Below are positions 10,872 through 19,365 of a stretch of DNA of 64,000 nt, in pieces. The translations under genes were made by a program, and so were the position numbers. The notes under the pieces are model-generated. The model was not told where the DNA came from. It ran no database searches and was given only the letters and a program-made list of their open reading frames with translations. Every line of letters starts with the position of its first letter. Position 1 is the stretch's first letter. The stretch covers positions 64,001 to 128,000 of the forward strand of contig CAWIXE010000001.1 in assembly GCA_963840035.1 (NCBI GenBank). Direction: 5' to 3'. Source of the DNA: a candidate division FCPU426 bacterium. GTDB lineage: Bacteria; Oederibacteriota; PGYV01; Palsa-1178.

Positions 10872-11387
10872 TTATGCCTGTACTGTTTTTTCCTTATACA
10901 GCCACATTTCGTATAACGGCACTACGAGCATAATTAGCAGCGAAATACCCAGCAGCATACCCGAGAGCACCATGAATATTGACATCCACGCCGCCACATA
11001 CCTGATTAGCCAGAAAGACGCGTTCGCGATTAAAACCGCGATAAAGCCGTCAACAAGCGCGAATTTTTTTAGCCACTTCGGCACTGACCTTGCGAACATG
11101 AAGATTAAGCCTATTGTGAATGTCATAAGCGTCATCCCGAAGAAATGCGTATGGGTGTGCTGCATGAGGTACGCGGCGTCCGGTGGCTCAATCATTTTAG
11201 CCTCGTTGCCCCTGTAGTGGTCCGCGATTGAATCCGGGTTAAACCCTTCCGTTAAAGCCACCGTGCCTACCGCCGTCAAATAAGCCATACCCATACAGAT
11301 AATAAACAGGGTCAAAAACAGCTTGATGGTCAGCGATAATTTGCTTAAGTTCACCATCTTTTCAATTTCCTGCACTTCGTTTTCCAT
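10872..11387 (-). CDS. His-rich inner-membrane protein, copy 1
   Basis: About four hydrophobic helices; DHYRG and QHTHTHFFGM motifs conserved with 14972..15484. Confidence 0.75.
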   Translation of the reverse strand: MENEVQEIEKMVNLSKLSLTIKLFLTLFIICMGMAYLTAVGTVALTEGFNPDSIADHYRGNEAKMIEPPDAAYLMQHTHTHFFGMTLMTFTIGLIFMFARSVPKWLKKFALVDGFIAVLIANASFWLIRYVAAWMSIFMVLSGMLLGISLLIMLVVPLYEMWLYKEKTVQA

Positions 11388-11414
11388 AAACCCGCCTCCT
11401 TTGTAATGTATATT

Positions 11415-12611
11415 TTATATTGAGACTTCCGCGCTGGTGTAAAGCGCCGCAATTACCGCCGTAAAGTAGGCGATCGCGCTTTTTAAATCCCGCTTTTTCT
11501 CGTTTTTAAAACTTTTTACAAGACCCGCGGCCCTGTCCCAAAAAAGCGGCACAGCGGCCCATGACCTGACTATGATATGCGAGGTCCTGCTGCCGTTTAT
11601 CCCGGCGAACTTAAATGGCCTTAAAAATCCTTCTATTGATTTAAGCAGCCCTTCGGGCGCCGTTGTCTTTATCATCAGGTCGGCCGTAATCATGAGAAGG
11701 ACCATTCTGAATACAAACATCGCTCCCATACTAAGGCCTGTTTCGGTTATACTAACGGGCCCTGCAGCGTATAACACCGCTCCTCCGTGGTTAAAAAACA
11801 GCGGCATAAAGAATGAAAACATCAGAAACCATTTCATCCTTGCAACCCCTGTGAAAATCGCCTTAAAACTTATTCCGGCTGCCATTGCCGTGATCAGTAT
11901 TGCGGCGAGCATGGCCAGGAATAATTCCCTGCTGGAAAAAAATATTATTGCCGCAGCTGCCGCCGCGGTTATAATTATTTTCATTGACGGGTCTGCCGCG
12001 TGAAGAAAAGACTTTCCATTTATATATCCGCGCCACGGCGCGGATGCAGCCTGTTTTTCGCCCGTGAATCCCATGGCCTTCTCATTAGCGCTGCCGGGCA
12101 GAGCGATCTTCGCGCATACTCCGGACGCCACAAGGCCTGTTATCCATCCCGTAACCACCGAACTTATACCCAGCCAGGGCGCGAGCATTAAAACACCCGG
12201 GCTTCTTATAAAGAACGCGTAAATCACCGCCAGCTGGGTCATGTTATGCGCCACAGCGCCAAGCAGGCTGATTCCTATGAGGCTTAAGGCGGGTTTTTTA
12301 AAGTTTTTAAGTATGGAATACACGGCGCCCATGACAACGCTGCTGGCTAATGCCGATGTGAAGCTTAATATAAAGGAAGTGGAAAGGAAAGTTCCGAGTA
12401 AAAGCGAGCTTATTAGCGACCTTAACACGGCTATTTCCACAGCCGCTCCAAACCCCAGGTCCACAAGAGCGACTAAAGTAATCATGTTTGCAAGGCCGAG
12501 TTTTATGCCGGGTATGGGCTGCGGTAAAAAGGATTCCGCCATCTGGAGGATGGAGGCTATCGTGACAAGGAGCGCTGTTTTCTCTGTTTTTACGTCGGGT
12601 TTAAAATTCAT
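11415..12611 (-). CDS. Gx transporter family (EetB-like) fused to an EcfT/CbiQ-like domain, copy 2
   Basis: PIPGIKLGLAN, GAVAHNMTQL; SFLHAADPSMKI is a typical EcfT N-terminus; TTAPEGL...FLRPF. Confidence 0.82.
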   Translation of the reverse strand: MNFKPDVKTEKTALLVTIASILQMAESFLPQPIPGIKLGLANMITLVALVDLGFGAAVEIAVLRSLISSLLLGTFLSTSFILSFTSALASSVVMGAVYSILKNFKKPALSLIGISLLGAVAHNMTQLAVIYAFFIRSPGVLMLAPWLGISSVVTGWITGLVASGVCAKIALPGSANEKAMGFTGEKQAASAPWRGYINGKSFLHAADPSMKIIITAAAAAAIIFFSSRELFLAMLAAILITAMAAGISFKAIFTGVARMKWFLMFSFFMPLFFNHGGAVLYAAGPVSITETGLSMGAMFVFRMVLLMITADLMIKTTAPEGLLKSIEGFLRPFKFAGINGSRTSHIIVRSWAAVPLFWDRAAGLVKSFKNEKKRDLKSAIAYFTAVIAALYTSAEVSI

Positions 12612-12619
12612 ATGCCGCC

Positions 12620-12994
12620 TCAGTAACTGACAGTATCAAACTGTGTGGAATTATTTCTTGGTATTTCTATTATTACCCTGTTTGGCAGGCATACCAGCGA
12701 CTGCCCCGGCTGGGAAATCCATCCGCCATGGCTGCAGATCTTCCTCGGACAGTCCGACTTTAACACCCTTACACTGCCATCTTTGACCTCAATTTCCATG
12801 CCGTTTATAACGGTGATTGAATCTTTTTGAAGGCTGATCTCATGTTTATCGTCATTATTTTTTGTTATTTCGGCCACCTCTGAGCGCTGGCCTGGCAGAA
12901 GCGTTGAAAACAGGGGCGCTGAAAATAACACAAGTATAAGCATGGCCGCGGCGTAATCCATCGGCCTGGCGGAATAAAACCTTGTTTTATCCAT
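12620..12994 (-). CDS. NusG domain II-containing (EetA-like) exported protein, copy 2
   Basis: SDCPRKIC..GWISQPGQSLVCLPNRVIIEI. Confidence 0.87.
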   Translation of the reverse strand: MDKTRFYSARPMDYAAAMLILVLFSAPLFSTLLPGQRSEVAEITKNNDDKHEISLQKDSITVINGMEIEVKDGSVRVLKSDCPRKICSHGGWISQPGQSLVCLPNRVIIEIPRNNSTQFDTVSY

Positions 12995-13027
12995 TTCAAT
13001 CGCCTCCCTGCATTCTAATTGCTACTA

Positions 13028-13074
13028 ATACTATCTCTTTAGTAGTATTATAGCAGGCGGTTAATAAATGTCAA
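13028..13074 (-). promoter_or_regulatory. Sigma70 promoter with overlapping candidate Rrf2 operator
   Basis: TTGACA-N16-TATAAT with TG extension; operator-like ATACTATCTCTTTAGTAGTAT at 13028..13048. Confidence 0.65.
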
Positions 13075-13240
13075 GTATGATTTTTCACAAGCGGGGGTCT
13101 TCCGGACGGATATTTTCGCCTCAACATTCATGTGCGCGCTTTTATTCACATGACGCGGGCGGCGGTTGCCGCATTATATGATTACAAATAAAAAACCGGC
13201 GGCTTTTCAGCCGCCGGCATTATGTCTTTACATGCAGGCG

Positions 13241-13756
13241 CTATTTTTTTTCAGCAAACGCGCCGTATATGACCAGCGCCCTTTTTGCGGCTATTGCCAC
13301 AGCTTTTGACGAAATGGTGGCGCCTGTTATCGCCCTGATGTCCTTGCCTGTCTCGATGCTGTCAGCCGCTGATTTTCCGGCAAACTGCTTGATAAAATTA
13401 GGCTGCTTGATGCCCGCGCCGCGCTTTTCCGACATTGAGATAAACCCTATGTCCCTGATCTTTTTTGTCGCGGGGTCGATGGATATTGCCATCTTGATGG
13501 GACCCCATTTTCCCTTCTGCTCCTCTATGACCACGGCGCCGGTCTTTGAGGAGTATATTTCATACTTCTTACTTACGGGCATTTTGTTATTCAGCGCGGC
13601 CTGCACCCTTGCGGTTACCGCGTCTGTGACTTCAAAGGCCACGGCTTTCAGGTCTGTATCAGGCAGCAGACCCTTGACCACGGTCTCTTTCATGTCCGCG
13701 GCAATGACACCCGCTGCAACCGATAACATAAGCATCAAAAACAATATTTTCTTCAT
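13241..13756 (-). CDS. Periplasmic FMN-binding protein, copy 2
   Basis: Close paralogue of 9071..9604; ITGATISS motif. Confidence 0.88.
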   Translation of the reverse strand: MKKILFLMLMLSVAAGVIAADMKETVVKGLLPDTDLKAVAFEVTDAVTARVQAALNNKMPVSKKYEIYSSKTGAVVIEEQKGKWGPIKMAISIDPATKKIRDIGFISMSEKRGAGIKQPNFIKQFAGKSAADSIETGKDIRAITGATISSKAVAIAAKRALVIYGAFAEKK

Positions 13757-13789
13757 TCACTTCCTCCTTAACATATTGGTCTTTTCTTA

Positions 13790-14887
13790 TTAAAAAGTCA
13801 TCCTTACGGCGAGGGTGGGCCTTACGAATTGAAGGCCGTCCGCCCCGTTATTCTGCATCCAGTCGGCGCAGTCCACCTGAAGCATTACATATGTGCTGTC
13901 CGAAAGGTTCATGTCCAGGACCGCGGTATTTGTTATGTACTTTTCCCCTCCCAGGTTTGCGGTATAGAAAAACCCGTTAAAATTATGCGCGGCCACGTTA
14001 TAATTGTAAACAAGCTTCAGCCACGGCATGAATTTATACGCGGCCTTAATATAGTAGCCGTATGTTGCCGCGTCCTTTCCGGCGCCCATTTTGTTTTCCC
14101 ACCTGCCGTTTGCAATCTCCGCGCGCAGCTGCAGGGCTTCCCAGTTGAACTGGATTCCTCCTGAAGCCCTCTGATACGCATTGTGCCTGCCCGTGTCGTA
14201 CGTCCCCACAGTATAAGACCCCATGACTTTGAACATCCCCATGGCCGGTTCGGTATGTATCATCACCGCGGGCTGCCTGTTGTTGTCATAAGTGTCCTCC
14301 GCGCCGTATCCGTTCATGGCATATAGCCAGACAGGGATGGCCGCATCACCTACAGCAAAGGATTTATATATTTCTATGCCTGTATCCGCCATTTCCCCCA
14401 GCCAGGGATTGGCGGCAAATTTTGATCCGTTGAATTCCTCATCCCAGAATAGCTCCTGCCCGTATTCCACTGTAAAGAGCGGCTTTAAAAGCCCTGCCGA
14501 TATCTCCACCTCCATCGGGGCGGTATATTTTATCAGCGCCTTGTTAAATCCTCCAAACGCCGCCGATTCCGATGAAAGATTATCGCCGATGTTGCTTCCA
14601 AACTTCGGGGTGGCTCCCGTGCTTGCCCTGAATGACGGCTCCACCTCGACAGACAGTACGTCGGATAATGTCTGTGAAATATACAGTATTACCTCGCCAA
14701 AGCTGAATCCGGTAAATTCAGTCGAGCCGTATTTCACGCCGCCCGCCGCCGTCCTTACCCCGTCTGCCGCGTCAAATAAAGTCATTTTTATGTGTCCGCC
14801 TACAGTGGTTCCTGTGTCGGCGCAAAACGACGCGGGCGCAAATGCCATTACAAAAACAGCTGCAAATAACAACATTTTCTTTTTCAT
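13790..14887 (-). CDS. Outer-membrane beta-barrel (porin-like), copy 2
   Basis: Signal peptide; VGGHIKMTLFD, STGATPKFG, EYGxELFWxExFNG shared with copy 1; C-terminal LAVRMTF. Confidence 0.8.
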   Translation of the reverse strand: MKKKMLLFAAVFVMAFAPASFCADTGTTVGGHIKMTLFDAADGVRTAAGGVKYGSTEFTGFSFGEVILYISQTLSDVLSVEVEPSFRASTGATPKFGSNIGDNLSSESAAFGGFNKALIKYTAPMEVEISAGLLKPLFTVEYGQELFWDEEFNGSKFAANPWLGEMADTGIEIYKSFAVGDAAIPVWLYAMNGYGAEDTYDNNRQPAVMIHTEPAMGMFKVMGSYTVGTYDTGRHNAYQRASGGIQFNWEALQLRAEIANGRWENKMGAGKDAATYGYYIKAAYKFMPWLKLVYNYNVAAHNFNGFFYTANLGGEKYITNTAVLDMNLSDSTYVMLQVDCADWMQNNGADGLQFVRPTLAVRMTF

Positions 14888-14971
14888 GTTTTCCTCCCCT
14901 GATTTTAATTCCCCTTATACTGCGCTTTCATTAAAAAGCCTCAATCACCCCCGTAACTGATTATGCTTTTA

Positions 14972-15484
14972 TTACTTAACGGCTTTTTCTTTATAAAGCC
15001 ACATTTCATATAAAGGCACTAGAAGCATGACAGCCAATGAAATACCAAGTAAAATCCCGGACAGGACCATGAGCACCGCCATCCACGAAGCCACATACCT
15101 TATCAGCCAGAACGAGGACGTCGCGATTAACACAGCCACAAAACCGTCGACAAGCGCGAACTTTTTCAGCCATGCGGGTATGGACCTGGCAAACATGAAG
15201 ATAAGCCCTATGGAAAAGACCATAAGGGACATGCCGAACATATGCGTGTGGGTATGCTGCATCAGATACGCGTTATCAGGCGGTTCAATCATTTTTGCCT
15301 CGTTACCCCTGTAATGGTCGGCTATGCTTTCGATGGAAAAACCTTCTGACAACGCCACAGTCCCGACAGCTGACAAATACGCGAACCCCATGCAGATAAG
15401 GAACATGGTAAAAAAATACTTCAGTACTGGCGGAAGCTTGCTTAAGTTTAAAAGTGACAAAAACCCTTCTCTTTCATTTTCCAT
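14972..15484 (-). CDS. His-rich inner-membrane protein, copy 2
   Basis: Paralogue of 10872..11387; QHTHTHMFGM. Confidence 0.75.
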   Translation of the reverse strand: MENEREGFLSLLNLSKLPPVLKYFFTMFLICMGFAYLSAVGTVALSEGFSIESIADHYRGNEAKMIEPPDNAYLMQHTHTHMFGMSLMVFSIGLIFMFARSIPAWLKKFALVDGFVAVLIATSSFWLIRYVASWMAVLMVLSGILLGISLAVMLLVPLYEMWLYKEKAVK

Positions 15485-15684
15485 TTATAACCCCCCGGCG
15501 GTTTTTTAGCGTATTTTAAGCATACCCATGCAAATGCCATAATTTTAGCCATAAAGGCCTTTTAGACAAGATTTTAGTTATTAACCCCAATAAAATAAAG
15601 GAACAACTGCGTTTTTTAAACGGAATTTTTAGATATATATGATATACCATATAATAACGTGAATTTCAACCTGGCGCGGATTTT

Positions 15685-15886
15685 GATATTGTAAATAATA
15701 GTGTGTAAACTCACTTTGGCCTTTAAATATCTTTGTTTTCATTAGAAACGGCTTTCACCCCTCTCCTCTTAGGAGAGGGGCAGGGGTGAGGTGAAACCAA
15801 TTGTCTTATTCCCCTCACCCTACCCTCTCCCAAATGGGAGAGGGATAAAAGAACAAATCAATTTACACACAATTAATGACAGTATC
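15685..15886. mobile_element. MITE 2 with IS256-like ends
   Basis: TIR GATATTGTAAATAATAGTGTGTAAA / TTTACACACAATTAATGACAGTATC; perfect 8-bp TSD CGGATTTT. Confidence 0.8.
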
Positions 15887-15913
15887 CGGATTTTTTTGGC
15901 GTTATGCCCTGAA

Positions 15914-16131
15914 AGATACTGTCGAAAAACCCGGATTTTTATAGGTTTCGACTCAGTCATGCGATGTCTTTGCGAGGAGCGAGTTTCTCAGCTACGAAGC
16001 AATCTCTGTACTTTTGTGGAACCGCGCGTACTTAAATTGCTTATCAATGAAACTGGGATTGCTTCGTCGCCATGGACCAAAAACGGCTCCTCACAATGAC
16101 AATCTAATCAAGGACTTTTTCGACAGTATCT
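15914..16131. mobile_element. Second MITE type enclosing a GCGAGGAGC..GAAGCAATC / GATTGCTTC..CTCCTC palindrome
   Basis: Perfect 16-bp TIR AGATACTGTCGAAAAA / TTTTTCGACAGTATCT; no credible coding capacity. Confidence 0.65.
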
Positions 16132-16173
16132 GCATAACAAAACCCCTCCTGTTAAGGAGGGGTTTTGTTATGC
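16132..16173 (-). terminator. Hairpin terminator downstream of the cupin gene
   Basis: GCATAACAAAACCCCTCCT / AGGAGGGGTTTTGTTATGC inverted repeat. Confidence 0.6.
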
Positions 16174-16180
16174 AGCTTTT

Positions 16181-16489
16181 TTATTCTTTTACCATGGTTA
16201 AAAGCATTTTAAATTTTTCCACAGCGGTCACCGCGTGCGGAACATTTGCCGGCATAATTATAAGCTCCCCTTGCGTCAGCTCTTGGGGCGTCCCGCCAAC
16301 AGTGATTCTTCCCGTCCCGTCCAAAACCTGCACTAGCGCCTCAAAAGGCGCGGTGTGCTCCGAAAGCGCCTGTCCCTTATCAAAGGCAAAAAGCGTAACA
16401 GTCCCTGATTTCTTGTTTAACAGCTGTTTTGAGACTATGGAATCCTTCGCATACTCAACCCCGTCTTTAAGAACAATTTTCTCAGCCAT
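16181..16489 (-). CDS. Cupin domain protein
   Basis: TLFAFDKGQALSEHTAP...MPANVPHAV. Confidence 0.9.
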   Translation of the reverse strand: MAEKIVLKDGVEYAKDSIVSKQLLNKKSGTVTLFAFDKGQALSEHTAPFEALVQVLDGTGRITVGGTPQELTQGELIIMPANVPHAVTAVEKFKMLLTMVKE

Positions 16490-16621
16490 GATGTAACCTC
16501 CGTTTTTTTCGTTGAGTCTCAGAGACAGGAGACTGCAGACAAAAGTAAACCGAAGACTTACTTCTTACTCCTGTCTCCTATCTCTTGTCTCGCTATCCTT
16601 AGACTATTCTCATATCCCCGC

Positions 16622-17671
16622 TTAAAAACACCTTCCCTTTTTATCCCGCCTGCAAGTCTTTTCCCCGCACTGGTAGCATATCTCGTTTTTCAGGGCCCGG
16701 CCCCTGAAATAGTCGTCAATATTCTGAAGCGTGGTCTCGGCGATATTTGTGATGGCCTCTTTTGTGAAAAATCCCTGGTGCGATGTAATAAGGACATTGT
16801 TAAATGTCAGCAGCCTGGCCAGGGTATCGTCGTTCACAATCTTTCCGGAAAAGTCCTCAAAAAAATACTTGTCTTCCTCCTCATAAACATCAAGCCCGGC
16901 ATAGCCTATCTTATCCGTTTTTAGCCCCGCGATCAGTGCCTTTGTGTCTATGAGCCTGCCTCTGCCGGTATTTATTATCATCACGCCTTTTTTCATCATG
17001 CTTATGGCTTTCCTGTCTATCAGGTGGTCGGTTTCTTTCGTCAACGGGCAATGTAACGTGATTATGTCGGATTCCCTGAATAGCTTTTTTAGTTCGACAT
17101 ACTTAATCCCGTTTTTCACGGCGTATTTCCTGTCAGGGTAACTGTCATGGGCAAGTATTTTTACGCCGAATCCTTTCAATATATTTATCAGGATCCGGCC
17201 TATCCTGCCTGTGCCAATGACACCCACTGTTTTTCCGGCCATATCAAAACCCAGAAAACCGTTTATCGAAAAATTATTGTCCCTGGTCCTGTAATATGCC
17301 TTGTGTATTTTCCTGTTTAAGGAGAGCATCAGCGCCAGGGTATGTTCGGCCACGGCATTCGGGGAATATGCGGGGACCCTTGTCACATGAAGCTTTAAGT
17401 AAGCGGACCTCAGGTCGACATTATTATATCCGGCGGACCTTAAGGCGGCCATTCCTATGCCGTATTCATGGAATTTATCAATAACGGCTTTATCCAGTTT
17501 GTCGTTTACAAACGCGCATGCCGTATCAAAACCTTTCGCAAGATATGCCGTATCCTCATTTAAATGCTGCGGAAAATATTTTATTATATAGCCGAACTTT
17601 TTATTTACTTCATTGAAAACTTCAATGTCATAGGGCTTTGCGTCAAAAAAAGCTATTTTTTTGTTTTCCAT
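16622..17671 (-). CDS. ldhA: D-lactate / D-2-hydroxyacid dehydrogenase
   Basis: RSAGYNNVD, VPAYSPNAVAEH, GTGRIG, INTGRG, LDVYEEE, TSHQGF. Confidence 0.9.
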   Translation of the reverse strand: MENKKIAFFDAKPYDIEVFNEVNKKFGYIIKYFPQHLNEDTAYLAKGFDTACAFVNDKLDKAVIDKFHEYGIGMAALRSAGYNNVDLRSAYLKLHVTRVPAYSPNAVAEHTLALMLSLNRKIHKAYYRTRDNNFSINGFLGFDMAGKTVGVIGTGRIGRILINILKGFGVKILAHDSYPDRKYAVKNGIKYVELKKLFRESDIITLHCPLTKETDHLIDRKAISMMKKGVMIINTGRGRLIDTKALIAGLKTDKIGYAGLDVYEEEDKYFFEDFSGKIVNDDTLARLLTFNNVLITSHQGFFTKEAITNIAETTLQNIDDYFRGRALKNEICYQCGEKTCRRDKKGRCF

Positions 17672-17811
17672 GGCAGCACCTCCGGAATTTTATATAAAAC
17701 GTCTTTATGAGTTTCAGAGACAGGAGATAGGAGACAAAAGTGAACCGCGGACCACTTCTTACTCCTGTCTCCAGTCTCTTGTCTCGCTCTTCCTCCACCA
17801 ACCACCCACTT

Positions 17812-18669
17812 CTATGCCCACTCCTCACTTAATATTTCTCCCTTAAGGCCGACAACAATTGCCTTAATGGGGACTTTTCTCTTTGCCTCGGCAACAGCCT
17901 GTTTTGCCATTCCAAGCAGCCCTCCGCAGCACGGCACCTGCATTATCATTACCGTCATTGTGTTTATTTTAGCCTCATCAACCATGGCAGTAAGTTTTTC
18001 CACATACACTTCCATGTCGCTGTCAAGTTTTGGGCATGCAATCGCAAGGGACTTTCCTTTTAAATAATCCCTGTGGAAATTTCCCATGGAAAAAGCCACG
18101 CAGTCAGCGGCTAAGACAAGGTCTTTACCCTGAAAATATGGCGCGGTAGGCGATACAAGATGAAGCTGGACAGGCCATTGCCTCAGTTCTGACGGTTGAT
18201 TCCCTGTATTATCCCCGCTATAAGTATGCACTGCATCTTCATTAAAATCAAGCATCCTGGAGCCGGGGCAGCCCCCTCCTCCATGTTCGTGTCCATGCAT
18301 TTTTTTCGCCTCCTTATAATTTGGGACTTCCATCCCTTTTTCCTTCAGGTATTCAAACGCTTCGCCCAGGTACTTTTTTTCGCCGTGATCGTCAAGGTGC
18401 TTTAAATGGGCTTTAAGGGTGTTGACTCCGGCCTTTACTATGTTTTCCATTACTTTTTTTTCGTCGTAAGGTTTAGCCTCTTTTTTTGTAACCTTAAGCG
18501 CGTCAACCGGGCATTCCTTTATGCAAGCTCCGAGGCCGTCGCATAAAAGGTCCGAGACAAGCCGCACCTTGCCGTCTATAACCTGGAGCGCGCCCTCAGG
18601 GCAGCCTGGCACGCAAACCCCGCACCCGTTGCATTTATCAAGGTCAATCTCTATCATGTCCCGCAGCAT
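17812..18669 (-). CDS. 4Fe-4S dicluster protein with C-terminal Cys-rich domain
   Basis: CNGCGVCVPGCP, CDGLGACIKECP, GCPGS, WPVQL, AADC, CPKLD, VPCC. Confidence 0.88.
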   Translation of the reverse strand: MLRDMIEIDLDKCNGCGVCVPGCPEGALQVIDGKVRLVSDLLCDGLGACIKECPVDALKVTKKEAKPYDEKKVMENIVKAGVNTLKAHLKHLDDHGEKKYLGEAFEYLKEKGMEVPNYKEAKKMHGHEHGGGGCPGSRMLDFNEDAVHTYSGDNTGNQPSELRQWPVQLHLVSPTAPYFQGKDLVLAADCVAFSMGNFHRDYLKGKSLAIACPKLDSDMEVYVEKLTAMVDEAKINTMTVMIMQVPCCGGLLGMAKQAVAEAKRKVPIKAIVVGLKGEILSEEWA

Positions 18670-18722
18670 AACCCACCGCCTTTTTATTATTCATTACTCA
18701 TTGTTAATTATTCATTGCTTGT

Positions 18723-18770
18723 ATATCACCTTCTTAGTGATATATTACCAAATTAGTAGGAAACTGTCAA
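18723..18770 (-). promoter_or_regulatory. Sigma70 promoter with candidate Rrf2 operator
   Basis: TTGACA-N17-TAATAT; palindrome ATATCACCTTCTTAGTGATAT at 18723..18743. Confidence 0.7.
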
Positions 18771-18905
18771 CTGATTATTTCAAATTATATATATAAGGAA
18801 GGTTAATAAGAAATGGTGTTTATGTGGCGTAAAATCCCTCTGTGCGGGCCGCCACATGCGGCGGCCCCTACAGGGTTTATAAAAAAATATTTAAAGCCTG
18901 CGTTA

Positions 18906-19141
18906 CTCACCTCGTTATATTAAAAAAGGCCCGCTAAAATCAGCGGGCCTTTTTTAATCCGAATAGCTCACCTCATTATATTAAAAAAGGCCCGCTAAAA
19001 TCAGCGGGCCTTTTTTAATCCGAATAGCTTACCTCGTTATATTAAAAAAGGCCCGCTAAAATCAGCGGGCCTTTTTTAATCCGAATAGCTCACCTCGTTA
19101 TATTAAAAAAGGCCCGCTAAAATCAGCGGGCCTTTTTTAAT
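18906..19141. repeat. Tandem array of four 61-bp units, each a bidirectional intrinsic terminator
   Basis: Units start at 18906, 18967, 19028, 19089; each has ATTAAAAAAGGCCCGCT-AAAATC-AGCGGGCCTTTTTTAAT; two single-base variants. Confidence 0.92.
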
Positions 19142-19365
19142 ATGGGTGCAGGACGATATAAGGGGTTTTGGGAGGGGGTTAGTTAGGGGGAACCTGCACC
19201 CATATTTTATTAGTTCATCTCTGTGTGTTTTTTAAGAACTTTATAGCATGTCTACTAATAATTGATGTAAAAGTGAGGTTTTTGCGTCATAGCTAGGAAG
19301 TGTTTGTTTCCGGGTTTCCATCTTCCTGGTCTGCTCACTTTTTGTCTTAAAACCCGACTGTTTCA
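19100..19365 (-). ncRNA. Candidate structured small RNA
   Basis: Orphan TTGACA at 19395..19400, nested stems, a 14-bp stem with C-rich loop, then a terminator; no long ORF. Confidence 0.4.

Noticed and set aside
13080..13190. FMN riboswitch in the flavin locus
   Set aside because: No RFN consensus blocks were seen here or in the other intergenic regions of the locus
15510..15545. Sigma54 promoter upstream of 15484 (TGGCAT...TGC)
   Set aside because: GG to GC spacing does not fit the -24/-12 rule
15791..16099. Short ORFs over repeats (also 6675..6869, 43282..43503, 46858..47043, 50354..50557)
   Set aside because: They are translations of MITE/REP sequence
18906..19141. CRISPR array
   Set aside because: Period is 61 bp but whole units are near-identical, with no unique spacers and no cas genes; each unit is a terminator hairpin
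19270..19340. c-di-GMP-I riboswitch (GCAGAC...GACGCAAAA on the minus strand)
   Set aside because: Only loose resemblance; the second hairpin is missing and no gene follows before the terminators
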